A stretch of 42,222 nucleotides of DNA from an uncultured Piscirickettsiaceae bacterium (GCA_964566765.1 CAZMJI010000002.1:1-42222); one strand, 5' to 3'. Shown: positions 28,416 through 37,693, numbered from the stretch's first letter. The notes: a model not told the origin generated them from the letters alone. Program-made: numbers and translations.

Positions 28416-30377
28416 TTATTCAATCGGATCCACATCCAAATACCAGCGAACTTTATTCGCTAGCGGCAAGGTCTCAATATGTGGTGTTAGCGTGCTCAGC
28501 ATCTGATGTAGGCGCGCTCGATCGACTGCCTGCAGATAGAGATTAAAGTAATAGTGATCAGCTTTCTTCTCAATACTGGCAGGTGTTGGTCCCCATTTGT
28601 CGACCCCCTCCATTTGAATTTGTTCAATCACACCTAGGACTTGCTCCAACAATTGTCTAGCCTGATCTTTATCCTTGGCATTGGCACAGATCAAAGCTTG
28701 ATGCGCAAACGGCGGCATCTGACTGCTAAAGCGTTGTTTTAACAGCACACTGGCGTATTTGGTGTATTGGTTGTTGAGTACGTATTGGAACATTTGGTGT
28801 TCTGGATAACGCGTTTGAATCACCACTTCGCCTTGTTCACTGGCCCTGCCTGCGCGACCAGAGACTTGCACCAAGAGTTGCGAGAGATGTTCGGTAGCGC
28901 GGAAGTCTAGCGACATCAGGCCCACGTCCACATCCAAGATACCAACCATCGCTAGGTTAGAGAAATCATGACCCTTGGCCAGCATTTGTGTGCCCACAAT
29001 CACACAAGGTTTGCCAGAATTAATTTTCTCTAAATGTTGTGAAAATGCTTTCTTTTTTCTCGTGGTGTCTCGATCTATTCGTATTATGTCGGTATCTGGA
29101 AAAAATGAATTCAGCGATTCTTCGAGGCGCTCAGTGCCATAACCCAGTACTTCTAGCTCGTGCGAATCGCAAGACGGACAAGTGTGGTTGGGCATGGCTT
29201 CTTTGCCACAGTGGTGACATTTCAGACGGTGGATATTGCGATGATAGACCAGTGGTTGTTCACAATGCTCGCAATGCGCCTCCCAGGCGCATTGTTTGCA
29301 ATAAAACACCGGCGCATAGCCACGTCGGTTAATAAACAACATCACCTGTTTGCCACGCTCTAGCGTCTGCTTCATTTTGGCCACCAAGCCTTGCGATAGA
29401 GCGCCATCAAAATTAGAACGCATGTCAATCAGGCTAACCTTGGGCATAACTGCGCCGGTGGCACGCTTGGCCAGGCCCAGACGCGTGAGCTTATCGTCCA
29501 TGACATTTTTCAGACTCTCAAGCGACGGTGTGGCTGAGCCCAGCACCAGCGGCACGCCAGCTTTTTTGGCGCGGATGAAACTCAGATCTCTGGCATTGTA
29601 ACGAAAACTGGATTGTTGTTTAAACGACTGATCGTGCTCTTCGTCAATAATGATCAGGCCCAAATTGGGCATCGGCGCAAAGATGGCACTACGCGTGCCT
29701 AATACTACGCCAGCTTCCCCTTGTTTGGCCATCAGATAGGCGCTGAGCTTTTGCGTCTCGTTGAGTTGTGAGTGAATCGCCACCACCGGGGTGTCCAAAC
29801 GTTGAGCAAATCTTGATACCATTTGTGGGGTTAGGCCAATCTCAGGCACCAAGACCAAGACTTGCTTGCCTTGATCAAGTAGGTGTTGGCTAATCTTGAG
29901 ATACACTTCGGTTTTGCCCGAGCCGGTGACACCGTGGAGTAAAAAACCATGATACTGATGTGCTTGCGCTAGGATTTGCTCGGTAGCAGCCAGCTGTTCA
30001 TCGGTTAATGTGGGCGCTGCTAAGTCGTCATTCGCAACTGACTCAATGGGTTTTTTAATTAGCGCTTCTTTACCCAGGCGCAGGTTTTTAGGCAGCGCAC
30101 CCAAGAGCACTTCACCAAGCGGATGGTGATAGTAGTTGGCTGACCAACTGAGAAAATCTAGCATTTCTGCTGAGAGTAGCGGGGTATCATCCAGTACCGC
30201 TTCAACTGCTTTGAGCTTGGAGAACTCGCTGCTGTCTTTGTTGCCCAGCACCATGCCAATGACCTGTTTTCGACCAAAAGGCACCTTAACGCGCACACCG
30301 GGTGTCAGCGCAGACTCGCTTTGATAGTCAAAAGTTTTAGGCAGTGGCACGGCAATGGCCACTTCAACGATCGCCAT
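28416..30377 (-). CDS. priA: Primosomal replication restart helicase PriA
   Basis: Walker A GVTGSGKTEVY, the DEEH box IIIDEEHD, and the Cys-rich zinc module CKQCAWEAHCEHC...CHHCG...CPSC are present. Confidence 0.9.
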   Translation of the reverse strand: MAIVEVAIAVPLPKTFDYQSESALTPGVRVKVPFGRKQVIGMVLGNKDSSEFSKLKAVEAVLDDTPLLSAEMLDFLSWSANYYHHPLGEVLLGALPKNLRLGKEALIKKPIESVANDDLAAPTLTDEQLAATEQILAQAHQYHGFLLHGVTGSGKTEVYLKISQHLLDQGKQVLVLVPEIGLTPQMVSRFAQRLDTPVVAIHSQLNETQKLSAYLMAKQGEAGVVLGTRSAIFAPMPNLGLIIIDEEHDQSFKQQSSFRYNARDLSFIRAKKAGVPLVLGSATPSLESLKNVMDDKLTRLGLAKRATGAVMPKVSLIDMRSNFDGALSQGLVAKMKQTLERGKQVMLFINRRGYAPVFYCKQCAWEAHCEHCEQPLVYHRNIHRLKCHHCGKEAMPNHTCPSCDSHELEVLGYGTERLEESLNSFFPDTDIIRIDRDTTRKKKAFSQHLEKINSGKPCVIVGTQMLAKGHDFSNLAMVGILDVDVGLMSLDFRATEHLSQLLVQVSGRAGRASEQGEVVIQTRYPEHQMFQYVLNNQYTKYASVLLKQRFSSQMPPFAHQALICANAKDKDQARQLLEQVLGVIEQIQMEGVDKWGPTPASIEKKADHYYFNLYLQAVDRARLHQMLSTLTPHIETLPLANKVRWYLDVDPIE

Positions 30378-30429
30378 GGGTTAGCTGTATTGCAGGTAAA
30401 ATCATCCATTTTATGCTAAAACAGTTATC

Positions 30430-30873
30430 GTGATTGTTATTCAAAATGGCATCCATGATGCCCTGGTTGATACCGTCAGTTTAACGGCGGCCATGGATCG
30501 CACCCTGGCGACCTTGTCGCAGGCCGATGGCGAGGTATTACTGCGCTTGGTTGACGTGGATGAAATTCAGCAACTTAATCGTGATTATCGCGGTAAAGAC
30601 CAACCAACTAATGTGTTGTCATTCCCCAGTGATTTGCCAGTAGAGATTGAAGAAGCCATTTTGGGCGATGTGGTCATCTGTCTTGAAGTGGTGCGCAAAG
30701 AGGCGTTAGAGCAAGATAAAAGTTTCGAGAACCATCTATTGCACATGGCCGTTCACGGCACCTTGCACCTATTGGGCTATGACCATATGGAAGAAGACGA
30801 GGCCGAAACTATGGAGAGCCTGGAGATTAAATTATTGGCTGACCTGGGCGTTGACAACCCTTATGCTGATTAG
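30430..30873 (+). CDS. ybeY: rRNA maturation endoribonuclease YbeY
   Basis: The zinc motif HGTLHLLGYDH and the NVLSFP motif are present. The start codon is GTG. Confidence 0.9.
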   Translation: MIVIQNGIHDALVDTVSLTAAMDRTLATLSQADGEVLLRLVDVDEIQQLNRDYRGKDQPTNVLSFPSDLPVEIEEAILGDVVICLEVVRKEALEQDKSFENHLLHMAVHGTLHLLGYDHMEEDEAETMESLEIKLLADLGVDNPYAD

Positions 30874-32072
30874 TCCTCAGACAAATAACCCAGCTTTTCC
30901 ATAGCGCGCAATTCATCATCGATATAGTACATGCGCAGGGTGTTGCGTTCCCAAGGTGGGATGCCGGCTTCTTGCAGGAGTTTTTTTAAGGATTGCGAAT
31001 GTGACTTACCGGGCAGGCGAACGCGTTGCCCGGCCTGTCGATAGGCAATGGAAAAGCCCTCTTGATGTTTAAATTCATCAAATAGCGCACAATCTGCTGA
31101 TGCGCTGTCGTGCTGCGTATTGATAAAATACAACTCATCTTGAAAGCGTCGGATCTCGAACGCGCCCCAACTGACTAACGGATTGGCATCTTCCTTAGCC
31201 TGCAGTAATTGCCGTATCTGCGCCATCACCTTGTCACTGGGCAGACTAAAGCCCAATTGTGCGAGTTGATAACGAATCACATTTTTAAGTCGGTAATCTG
31301 CCAGCTTGTTTAAAGCGCTCACGCGCAGTCGGTCTGGCTCAGGGCTCAGGTTATGTTGCGTAATATCGAGTTTGGCCAGGTCTTGAGAAAGTTGCAGCGC
31401 CTCGGCCTGATGTTTGGCGCTACGAGCGAGCGACTCACTCAGGTTTTGATAATGCGCTGTTAATTTAGGAAGTATCTCTAAACGCAGATAATTGCGCCTA
31501 AAATGCAAATCTTTGTTGCTATCATCTTCAATCCATCGAAGTTTGTGCTGATTGGCATAAGCCATGATGTCGGTCTTACTGATGGATAACATAGGGCGAT
31601 AGTGCCAACCCTGACCCAGCGACTTTAACTTAGGCATGGCGGCAAGACCCGCGCTGCCAGCACCTCGAAACAATTGCAGCAGCAGGGTCTCAGCTTGGTC
31701 ATCTTGGTGATGCGCAGTACACAGAACTTCGCCATCTTTGAGGCTGCAGTCAATGGCCTGATAGCGCGCATCTCGCGCTTGTTGTTCCAGATTGGAGGTG
31801 CTGTCCAAGGACAAACCAACTGTTGTTAACTCCACGCCTAATTGCACACACACCTGTTGGCAAAACGCCTGCCAATCGTTGGCATAATCAGACAGATGAT
31901 GATTGCAATGGATGGCGCGTAGTTGCTTGGGATAGTGTTGGTGCAGGTAGTGCAGCAGCACGATGGAGTCCATGCCGCCACTAAGGCCTAGGACGATGGA
32001 TTTGTCGCTTAGGTAAGGATCTTTAGTCTTTAAACTGTCCAAAGCCCAGTAACTTGTTTTGTCTGTCCTCAA
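30870..32072 (-). CDS. tilS: tRNA(Ile)-lysidine synthase
   Basis: The PP-loop GLSGGMDS is present. The ORF is open from a TTG at 32072. A second TTG at 32042 would give an E. coli-like N-terminal length. Either start overlaps the accA 3' end. Confidence 0.85.
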   Translation of the reverse strand: MRTDKTSYWALDSLKTKDPYLSDKSIVLGLSGGMDSIVLLHYLHQHYPKQLRAIHCNHHLSDYANDWQAFCQQVCVQLGVELTTVGLSLDSTSNLEQQARDARYQAIDCSLKDGEVLCTAHHQDDQAETLLLQLFRGAGSAGLAAMPKLKSLGQGWHYRPMLSISKTDIMAYANQHKLRWIEDDSNKDLHFRRNYLRLEILPKLTAHYQNLSESLARSAKHQAEALQLSQDLAKLDITQHNLSPEPDRLRVSALNKLADYRLKNVIRYQLAQLGFSLPSDKVMAQIRQLLQAKEDANPLVSWGAFEIRRFQDELYFINTQHDSASADCALFDEFKHQEGFSIAYRQAGQRVRLPGKSHSQSLKKLLQEAGIPPWERNTLRMYYIDDELRAMEKLGYLSED

Positions 32073-32973
32073 GCAGTTGCTCAGTTGAGACGCCGTTTAG
32101 TGCTGAAAGTTGCGCCAATAGTGCCTCTCTGAGTAGACGCTTGGCTTCATCAGGGTCACGGTGAATGCCACCTAATGGCTCTTTAATAATGCCATCAATC
32201 AGACCAAATTCTTTTAGATTGCTTGAGGTTAGTTTGAGTGATTCTGCCGCAATATCGGCCTTAGAGGCATCTTTGTACAGAATCGAGGCACAACCTTCTG
32301 GTGAAATTACCGAGTAGATTGAGTATTCAAACATCAGTAGTTTGTCGGCCACACTAATCGCTAGAGCGCCACCTGAACCACCTTCACCGATCACCACGGA
32401 GATAATTGGTGTTTTTAAGGTTGACATTTCGTACAAGTTGCGCGCAATCGCTTCTGATTGGCCGCGTTCTTCAGCACCAATACCTGGGTAAGCGCCCGGT
32501 GTGTCCACAAAGGTGATGATTGGCATGGAGAATTTCTCCGCCATCTTCATCAGACGCAATGCCTTGCGATAGCCTTCAGGACGTGGCATACCAAAGTTGT
32601 ATTTCAGTTTGTCTTGTGTGGTACGGCCTTTTTGTTGACCGATAAACATCACCGGCTGACCATCGAGCTTGGCAATGCCGCCAATAATCGCGTTATCATC
32701 GGCATAGGCACGGTCACCATGTAGTTCGGTAAATTCGTCAAACACCTCGTCAATATAGTCCAGGGTGTACAGACGTCTTGGATGGCGGGCTAGTTGTGAA
32801 ATTTCCCAGTCGCTGAGTGAAGAAAAGATCTTTGTGGTTAGCGCATTGCTTTTGGCTTTTAGCGCTTGCATCTCTTCGATAATATCAGCTTGGTCTTTAA
32901 TATCGCAAAGCGCTTCAATCTTTGCTTCTAGTTCAGCAATCGGCTGCTCAAAATCAAGATAATCTAGGTTCAT
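32023..32973 (-). CDS. accA: Acetyl-CoA carboxylase carboxyltransferase alpha subunit
   Basis: The N-terminus [22 protein letters not shown] is nearly identical to E. coli AccA. Length is 316 aa. Confidence 0.95.
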   Translation of the reverse strand: MNLDYLDFEQPIAELEAKIEALCDIKDQADIIEEMQALKAKSNALTTKIFSSLSDWEISQLARHPRRLYTLDYIDEVFDEFTELHGDRAYADDNAIIGGIAKLDGQPVMFIGQQKGRTTQDKLKYNFGMPRPEGYRKALRLMKMAEKFSMPIITFVDTPGAYPGIGAEERGQSEAIARNLYEMSTLKTPIISVVIGEGGSGGALAISVADKLLMFEYSIYSVISPEGCASILYKDASKADIAAESLKLTSSNLKEFGLIDGIIKEPLGGIHRDPDEAKRLLREALLAQLSALNGVSTEQLLEDRQNKLLGFGQFKD

Positions 32974-33087
32974 AAAAGATTAAAATCGGTGTTTAGTTAA
33001 TAATTTTATAGACGAATTATAGCAGAAGGGCGCCCCTGGACCTTAAATCTTTGATTGAGCTGGCGGGCACTTGCACTGCATGATCTT

Positions 33088-33771
33088 ATGTTTATCGACC
33101 GCCATCTGATTAGTACCACCTTCCCCGTGCTCTTTGGTTATATTCCACTGGGTTTGGCGTTTGGTCTGTTGTTTCAAGACCTGGGCTATGCTTGGTATTT
33201 TGCCACCATTATGGCGGTGTTTATTTATGCCGGTACCGCGCAATTTATGGCCATTGGTCTACTGGCAGCTGGTGCAGGGCTGTTTGAGATTGCTATCGCC
33301 ACGTTTTTGATCAATTCTCGACATATTTTCTACGGGCTGTCGATGTTGAATAAATACGGTCAGTGGAGCTGGCGCAAGCTCTACTTGGCCTTTGGCTTAA
33401 CCGATGAAACTTACTCGCTGCTTACCACCATCGAGCCCAAAGATCCCGAGCAAAAGATGCGTCACTACGTTACCGTGACCGCGCTTAATCAAAGTTATTG
33501 GGTGATGAGCTGCACCCTGGGGGCAATACTTGGCGGGGCGTTTCCGATCAACACCGAGGGTATGGAGTTCACCCTAACAGCACTCTTTACCGTGTTGGTG
33601 ATTGAGCAGTGGCGTAAGATTAAACAACCTATGCCATTTGCCATGGCTGCGATTGCCTGCTTGGCGGCACTGATAGCCTTTGCCGATCAGATGCTTTTGG
33701 GGGCAATTGCGCTGTCGGTATTCTTGTTGGCGATGAATTACTTAATGCGGGTGCGACATGCTAGAGACTAG
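33088..33771 (+). CDS. azlC: AzlC family branched-chain amino acid exporter subunit
   Basis: This polytopic membrane protein has the GYIPLGLAFG N-terminal motif and is followed by an overlapping azlD-like gene. The ATG at 33088 is preferred over the TTG at 33055. Confidence 0.75.
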   Translation: MFIDRHLISTTFPVLFGYIPLGLAFGLLFQDLGYAWYFATIMAVFIYAGTAQFMAIGLLAAGAGLFEIAIATFLINSRHIFYGLSMLNKYGQWSWRKLYLAFGLTDETYSLLTTIEPKDPEQKMRHYVTVTALNQSYWVMSCTLGAILGGAFPINTEGMEFTLTALFTVLVIEQWRKIKQPMPFAMAAIACLAALIAFADQMLLGAIALSVFLLAMNYLMRVRHARD

Positions 33772-34072
33772 CTACATCCTCTGGGTTACCCTGGTGATGG
33801 CATTGGCCACCTTTGCCACACGCATCTTGCCGTTTGTGTTTTTCCATCGTCAGGCCAATCATCCGATGATGGACTATGTGGCCAAATATACCCCGCCAAT
33901 GATTATGAGTGTGCTCTTGGTGTATGTGCTTAAAGACGTGGATTTTTCAGCGACTGCAGGCCTGTACACCGTACTGGCTGTGCTGGCCACCATCGTCTTA
34001 CACCTATGGCGCTCTAATCCCATGCTCAGCATTTTTGGCGGCACGTTCTTGTATATGTTCCTAGTACAGTAA
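33758..34072 (+). CDS. azlD: AzlD family small membrane subunit
   Basis: The 104-aa hydrophobic protein overlaps azlC by 14 nt, the canonical azlCD arrangement. Confidence 0.7.
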   Translation: MLETSYILWVTLVMALATFATRILPFVFFHRQANHPMMDYVAKYTPPMIMSVLLVYVLKDVDFSATAGLYTVLAVLATIVLHLWRSNPMLSIFGGTFLYMFLVQ

Positions 34073-34101
34073 AACACTAAACCACCCTTTGGATTTGTGG
34101 C

Positions 34102-34722
34102 ATGATAAGCGCTATGAGTTTTGCCGAGTTTATCGCCCTATTTGCCATTGCCTTTGTGTTTGTGGTAACTCCAGGTCCGGGCACTTTGGCTGCCTTTGCC
34201 AAAAGTATGTCGCAAGGTTTTATGCCAGCCTTTGTGCTGTCCATGGGTATGGTGTTGGGTGACTTGGTCTACCTGGCAGCGGTGATATTTTCCATGGATA
34301 TGTTTTCCAATCTGGTGTTATCAGTGATGGGTTATATCCGCGTCTTAGGTGGCTTGTACTTGATTTACTTGGGCGTGAACACTTGGCGCGCACCACCGGT
34401 TCATCTCAGCACCCAATCCAGACATAAGACCAATATCAAAGAATTCTCCACCGGCTTTTTAATCTCCATTACCAATCCCAAGGTCATGGTGTTTTATATT
34501 GCCATTTTGCCAGCCTTGGTGGATTTGGAAAACACCTCAATGGTCTACAGCATGCAAATTCTCGCCACCTTTGGCCTAGGATTAGCCACTGGCATCAGCT
34601 TGATCGCTGCCGGCGCCAGCCGCATTAAGATTTGGATGAGTAAGCCTGGCGCGGATCACCGCATTAATCAAATCGTGGCGCTGGTAATGATCAGCGCTGG
34701 CGTTTTATTGGGCTTATCTTGA
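34102..34722 (+). CDS. LysE/RhtB family exporter (second copy)
   Basis: The TPGPG and NPK motifs are present, with six predicted TM segments. Confidence 0.75.
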   Translation: MISAMSFAEFIALFAIAFVFVVTPGPGTLAAFAKSMSQGFMPAFVLSMGMVLGDLVYLAAVIFSMDMFSNLVLSVMGYIRVLGGLYLIYLGVNTWRAPPVHLSTQSRHKTNIKEFSTGFLISITNPKVMVFYIAILPALVDLENTSMVYSMQILATFGLGLATGISLIAAGASRIKIWMSKPGADHRINQIVALVMISAGVLLGLS

Positions 34723-35609
34723 ATACCACTCGCTTGTATCTTTGGATGGTGTTGGCCATGTTGTTTTGGGGCGCCTCTTGGCCGATTGCTAATGTGCTCT
34801 CAGGCTATATGAACCTACATGAGTTTATTGCTTATCGCTATGTGATTGTGACCCTGAGTATGGTGGTGGTACTGCGCTGGATGAAGCTTTCATTTGCCAT
34901 TACCTGGCGTGAATTTTTGGCCGCAACCTTGGCGGCGTTACTGCTGGTGTACTATACCAAGTATTATTTTCTAGCCACCAAATACGGTGCACCCGGTTTG
35001 GCCGGTGCGGTGGTCACCACCTTAATGCCGATTTTGGTGTATGTCTTTACCCTGCCCTCGCGGGTGGAAAAAACCCATGCTAGGGATTGGGGTGCGCTGC
35101 TATTAGGTGCGCTGGGTGTGGGCATTACCCTAGGTGTTTGGCAGTTTCAAGCCAGCGATGTGCTAAGTGCTAAGTATGACTATCTGTTCGGTGCTGCCAC
35201 CTGTTGGGCGCTGCTCTCGCTAACCGGCGCTTATGCTAAGAACCTACATCCAGCCGTGTTTAGCTTTTATTTATACCTCATGACATCGGTGCTTGATGTT
35301 GTGCTGTTCTTGGAACCAAACCCACAACTTTGGCAGCAGACCGATGGTATTTTCTGGTTTAACTTTTTAACCTTGACCTTTATTTCCACCACCTTTGCCA
35401 CCACGATCTACTTCTTAGGGGTTAAGCGTTTAGGCGCCAAACGCTCTAGTGCCTTTACCTTCTTGGTGCCGTTTTTTGCGCTGGGGTTGAGCGCCATCTT
35501 TTTGGGCGAGGTTTTGCAATGGCATGTGCTACTGGGTGTGAGTTTGACGATTTTCTCACTCATTATTCTCAATCGCATCAAGATAGGTTTTTATAATAGA
35601 GACCCATGA
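34719..35609 (+). CDS. EamA/DMT family transporter
   Basis: The ~10-TM protein starts LFWGASWP, typical of EamA repeats. The start is uncertain: a TTG at 34719 overlaps the upstream stop, and an ATG lies at 34746. Confidence 0.75.
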   Translation: MNTTRLYLWMVLAMLFWGASWPIANVLSGYMNLHEFIAYRYVIVTLSMVVVLRWMKLSFAITWREFLAATLAALLLVYYTKYYFLATKYGAPGLAGAVVTTLMPILVYVFTLPSRVEKTHARDWGALLLGALGVGITLGVWQFQASDVLSAKYDYLFGAATCWALLSLTGAYAKNLHPAVFSFYLYLMTSVLDVVLFLEPNPQLWQQTDGIFWFNFLTLTFISTTFATTIYFLGVKRLGAKRSSAFTFLVPFFALGLSAIFLGEVLQWHVLLGVSLTIFSLIILNRIKIGFYNRDP

Positions 35610-36277
35610 AACAAAGTTTAATTGCAGAGTTCTTGGGAACTTATATTTTGGTTTTTGCTGGCACTGGCGCGATGGCCATTGGCGCGATTACCGGAGAGCC
35701 GGGCCATGTGGGTATCGCGCTGACCTTTGGGTTTGTGATTGTTGCATTGATTTATAGTTTTGCTCACATCTCGGGTGCACACTTTAACCCCGCGGTGAGT
35801 ATCGCCTTCTCGGTGATGGGTGAATTTGATCGTGCCAAGGTACTGCCTTATATTGCCGCACAAACTGCTGGTGCGATTTTGGCCAGCTACACCCTATATA
35901 TATTATTGTTTGAAAATATTGACACCATGGCGCAGGCTGCGTACCTGGGTGCAACCCTGCCGCGCGGCTCAATAGGCCAGGCGTTTGGCTTCGAGTTGAT
36001 GCTAACCTTTATTTTAATGTTGGTGATTAGCGCGTCAGCCGTACACGGCAAAGCCATTAAAGATTTTGCCGGCATTGCCATCGGCTTTACGGTAGGTTTG
36101 GAAGCCATGTTTGCCGGGCCCATTACCGGCGCCAGCATGAACCCTGCACGTTCTATTGGCCCAGCACTGGTGAGTGGCAACCTAGAGAGTTTGTGGTTAT
36201 ATATTGTAGCAACCATCTTGGGTGCTGTCTTGGCTGCCCTGGTATTTACCCAATTGATTAAAGGTGAGAGAGCATGA
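35606..36277 (+). CDS. MIP-family channel, NIP-like (AqpN/AqpS-type aquaglyceroporin)
   Basis: Two NPA boxes (SGAHFNPAVS and GASMNPARSIGPA) are present, with the N-terminal AEFLGTY. At 223 aa the sequence style is that of NIP-like bacterial channels. An ATGA overlap links it to arsC. Confidence 0.85.
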   Translation: MKQSLIAEFLGTYILVFAGTGAMAIGAITGEPGHVGIALTFGFVIVALIYSFAHISGAHFNPAVSIAFSVMGEFDRAKVLPYIAAQTAGAILASYTLYILLFENIDTMAQAAYLGATLPRGSIGQAFGFELMLTFILMLVISASAVHGKAIKDFAGIAIGFTVGLEAMFAGPITGASMNPARSIGPALVSGNLESLWLYIVATILGAVLAALVFTQLIKGERA

Positions 36278-36684
36278 GTAGTAAGAAAAAAGTATTGGTG
36301 TTGTGTACCGGTAATAGTTGTCGATCGATTATTGCAGAGGCGCTGCTTAATCATGAGTTAGGGGAGTGTGTTGAAGCGCACTCTTCAGGTGTGGCCGCTA
36401 GTGGTCGTGTCAATCCGAATGCCAAGCAGGTGCTAGAGCAATTTGAGATGTGGAACGATGACTATCATTCTAAGGTGATTGAGAAGGTCATGGATATTGA
36501 GTTTGACTTGGTGGTAACTGTTTGCGGTAATGCGCAAGAAACCTGCCCAGTTTTTCCGGGAAAAACGGACGTTATTCATGTTGGTTTTGAAGATCCTGAT
36601 GGACAAAAATTTGACGCTTTTTTGCAGACTTTTGCCGAAATCCGTGAAAAATTGTTGCCGATCGTTAAAGAAAAACTGTGTTAA
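36274..36684 (+). CDS. arsC: Arsenate reductase, LMW-phosphatase (thioredoxin-coupled) type
   Basis: The P-loop is VLCTGNSCRS (CX5R). The downstream Cys pair CGNAQETC matches the Cys82/Cys89 spacing of Trx-coupled ArsC. Confidence 0.85.
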   Translation: MSSKKKVLVLCTGNSCRSIIAEALLNHELGECVEAHSSGVAASGRVNPNAKQVLEQFEMWNDDYHSKVIEKVMDIEFDLVVTVCGNAQETCPVFPGKTDVIHVGFEDPDGQKFDAFLQTFAEIREKLLPIVKEKLC

Positions 36685-36716
36685 ATTGTAAGGGTATTGT
36701 AAATTTTTAGCTCATT

Positions 36717-36884
36717 ATGGACGTAATTTATTGGTTAATCCCGAGTATGATTTTTGTTGGCATTGTGCTGGTAATCCTTTTAGCCATGGGGGTTAAGAAG
36801 GGTCACTATGAAGATTTAGAGGGTGAAGGACAGCGTATTTTATTCGACGAAGATGAGGGTGAAATTAAGACGAAAAAAAAATAG
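36717..36884 (+). CDS. ccoS: cbb3-type cytochrome oxidase maturation protein CcoS/FixS
   Basis: The 55-aa ORF is below the track cutoff: MDVIYWLIPSMIFVGIVLVILLAMGVKKGHYEDLEGEGQRILFDEDE. It has a single TM helix plus the family signature G(Q/H)(F/Y)(D/E)DL(D/E)G...RIL(F/L)D(D/E). Confidence 0.75.
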   Translation: MDVIYWLIPSMIFVGIVLVILLAMGVKKGHYEDLEGEGQRILFDEDEGEIKTKKK

Positions 36885-36889
36885 AAAAT

Positions 36890-36913
36890 TGGGGTTGACA
36901 CCCCATTTTTTTT
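36890..36913 (+). terminator. Candidate intrinsic terminator after ccoS
   Basis: UGGGG-uugaca-CCCCA forms a 5-bp stem followed by eight T. The stem is short, hence the moderate confidence. Confidence 0.45.
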
Positions 36914-36930
36914 ATAGAAAATTCGCACTT

Positions 36931-36986
36931 GAAACACAGAGAAAAGAAAAAGAAAAAAAGAAGACAACAACAAGAGGAAAAAAAGA
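36931..36986 (+). promoter_or_regulatory. T-free, A-rich polypurine 5' leader of the DUF47-PiT operon
   Basis: By my count, these 56 consecutive nt contain no T (about 40 A, 11 G, 5 C). The tract ends in the AGAGGA Shine-Dalgarno and the first base of the ATG. Confidence 0.5.
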
Positions 36987-37663
36987 TGGCTACAAGTATC
37001 ATTGATGGTCTATTTGGTAAATCACCAATCAGCCCCCTACAAAAACACATGTCTCACGCACACTCGTGCATTGGAGAACTCAACAGCTTTATGATTGCGA
37101 TTCATGCCCAAGATTGGGAAGAAGCTGCCAGAATTAAATCGATTATCGGCACCAAAGAAGGCGAGGCCGATATCCTAAAGAAAAAACTACGTTTAAACCT
37201 GCCATCTACTTTTATGATGCCGTTCTCACGTAGAGATATTTTGGACCTATTGCTGATCCAAGATTCTATCGCCAACATTACCAAAGACGTATCTGGCTTA
37301 ATGCTGAATCGTAAGATGACCTTACCAGATGAGATCTTTGATGATGTGATTGAGCTAACAGATGTCTGCGTTAAAACCTCTGCCATGGCGCTTAAGGCCA
37401 TTAACGAGTTAGACGAAGTACTAGAGACCGCGTTTAGTAATAGAGAGCGCAAAGTGGTTAGCAATATTATTGAAAAAATTAACGAATTAGAAAGTGAGTC
37501 TGACAAGATTCAACATGAAATTCGTACCAAACTCTTCCCGCTAGAGGCGGATCTACCACCAGTTGACGTGATGTTTTATTATCGAGCCGTTGAATGGTTA
37601 GGCGAGTTGGCAGATGCTGCTCAAAAAGTTGGTTCAAGACTTGAAGTGCTGCTTGCCAGATAA
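36986..37663 (+). CDS. DUF47 (PhoU-like) phosphate transport regulator, Pit accessory protein
   Basis: The ~225-aa helical protein lies directly upstream of a PiT transporter, the conserved gene pair. An AGAGGA Shine-Dalgarno precedes it. The ORF-track TTG start at 36929 would add a poly-Lys tail and was rejected. Confidence 0.75.
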   Translation: MATSIIDGLFGKSPISPLQKHMSHAHSCIGELNSFMIAIHAQDWEEAARIKSIIGTKEGEADILKKKLRLNLPSTFMMPFSRRDILDLLLIQDSIANITKDVSGLMLNRKMTLPDEIFDDVIELTDVCVKTSAMALKAINELDEVLETAFSNRERKVVSNIIEKINELESESDKIQHEIRTKLFPLEADLPPVDVMFYYRAVEWLGELADAAQKVGSRLEVLLAR

Positions 37664-37693
37664 GTCGTCGTCATAATTTAAGAGGAAGATATT

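Noticed and set aside
32974-33087. Imperfect inverted repeat AAAGATTAAA...TTAAATCTTT and GGGCGCCC palindrome between accA and azlC, considered as a possible regulatory RNA or operator.
   Set aside because: The arms are short, AT-rich and imperfect, and the palindrome has no loop. Without comparative data it cannot be distinguished from chance.
35887-36354. 155-aa minus-strand ORF.
   Set aside because: It is antisense to the MIP channel and the arsC start, so it is a shadow ORF.
36929-36985. N-terminal extension of the DUF47 gene from a TTG at 36929 (MKHREKKKKKRRQQQEEKK...).
   Set aside because: The extension is just the translation of the A-rich polypurine tract. An AGAGGA Shine-Dalgarno precedes the internal ATG at 36986, where the protein-like sequence begins.
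36823-37050. Two 60-aa ORFs (36823..37005 on the plus strand and 36865..37050 on the minus strand) spanning the A-rich tract.
   Set aside because: These are low-complexity Lys-rich or Phe-rich translations of a homopolymer-like region. They overlap ccoS, the terminator and the DUF47 start, so they are not credible genes.
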